This document shows positions 63,809 to 64,000 of a stretch of DNA of 64,000 bases, piece by piece. The stretch's first letter is position 1. Each line of letters starts with the position of its first letter. This stretch comes from Candidatus Berkelbacteria bacterium. GTDB taxonomy: Bacteria; Patescibacteriota; UBA1384; XYA2-FULL-43-10; CAINNR01. The translations under genes were made by a program, and so were the position numbers. The stretch is taken from the NCBI GenBank assembly GCA_037142675.1, contig JBAXAF010000002.1, positions 13,300 to 77,299 of the forward strand, in the 5' to 3' direction. The notes under the pieces are model-generated. The model worked only from the letters and a program-made list of their open reading frames with translations. It did no database searches and was not told where the DNA came from.

Positions 63809-64000
63809 TTAAAAAAGTATCTGTTTTTTACCATCGGAAACTTTTGATTTGCCCAAATGTTGATACGCCCCAGGAGTGGCGACTCGTCCGCGAGGCGTCC
63901 GGTCAATGAAGCCTAGCCGCATTAAATATGGCTCAATAACGTCTTCTATTGTATCGCGGTCCTCAGAAGTCGCTGCTGCCAAGGCATCAAGTCCAACCGG
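63809..64000 (-). CDS. ruvB: Holliday junction helicase RuvB (C-terminal part, runs off the window)
   Basis: Manually translated [42 protein letters not shown]. Confidence 0.92.
   Translation of the reverse strand, partial: PVGLDALAAATSEDRDTIEDVIEPYLMRLGFIDRTPRGRVATPGAYQHLGKSKVSDGKKQILF

Overview
This AT-rich window looks like a CPR/Patescibacteria chromosome. That is an inference from gene content: type IV pili, split ComEC, PPDK, GYAW-repeat/FN3 surface proteins and scattered housekeeping genes. The main feature is a ~15.5 kb integrative element (20447-35974) bounded by an 8-bp direct repeat, TTGGCGGA, at the 3' end of an atypical tRNA. Excision would rejoin its large serine recombinase to an in-frame alternative C-terminus. 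The element carries a complete diversity-generating retroelement (DGR): a DUF1566/C-lectin-type target with VR, avd, a 130-bp TR differing from VR at 12 positions (all TR adenines), and an RT. The RT is frameshifted inside an (AG)20 microsatellite. A second tract, (AG)14, sits in a leader frame that crosses a terminator upstream of the target. Together these suggest a phase-variable DGR, co-oriented with a large FN3 surface protein and an ABC transporter. The element split a promoter-driven array of non-canonical tRNA-like RNAs, and a separate ~145-nt orphan ncRNA with its own promoter and terminator lies next to it. The rest of the window holds dnaK/dnaJ/grpE, rsmH, xth, ppdK, a two-component/HAMP cluster, a type IV pilus cluster, comEC, tsaBE, queA, queH, partial ruvB, canonical tRNAs, GC-rich orphan ORFs and a GTCAT...ATGAC palindromic repeat family.
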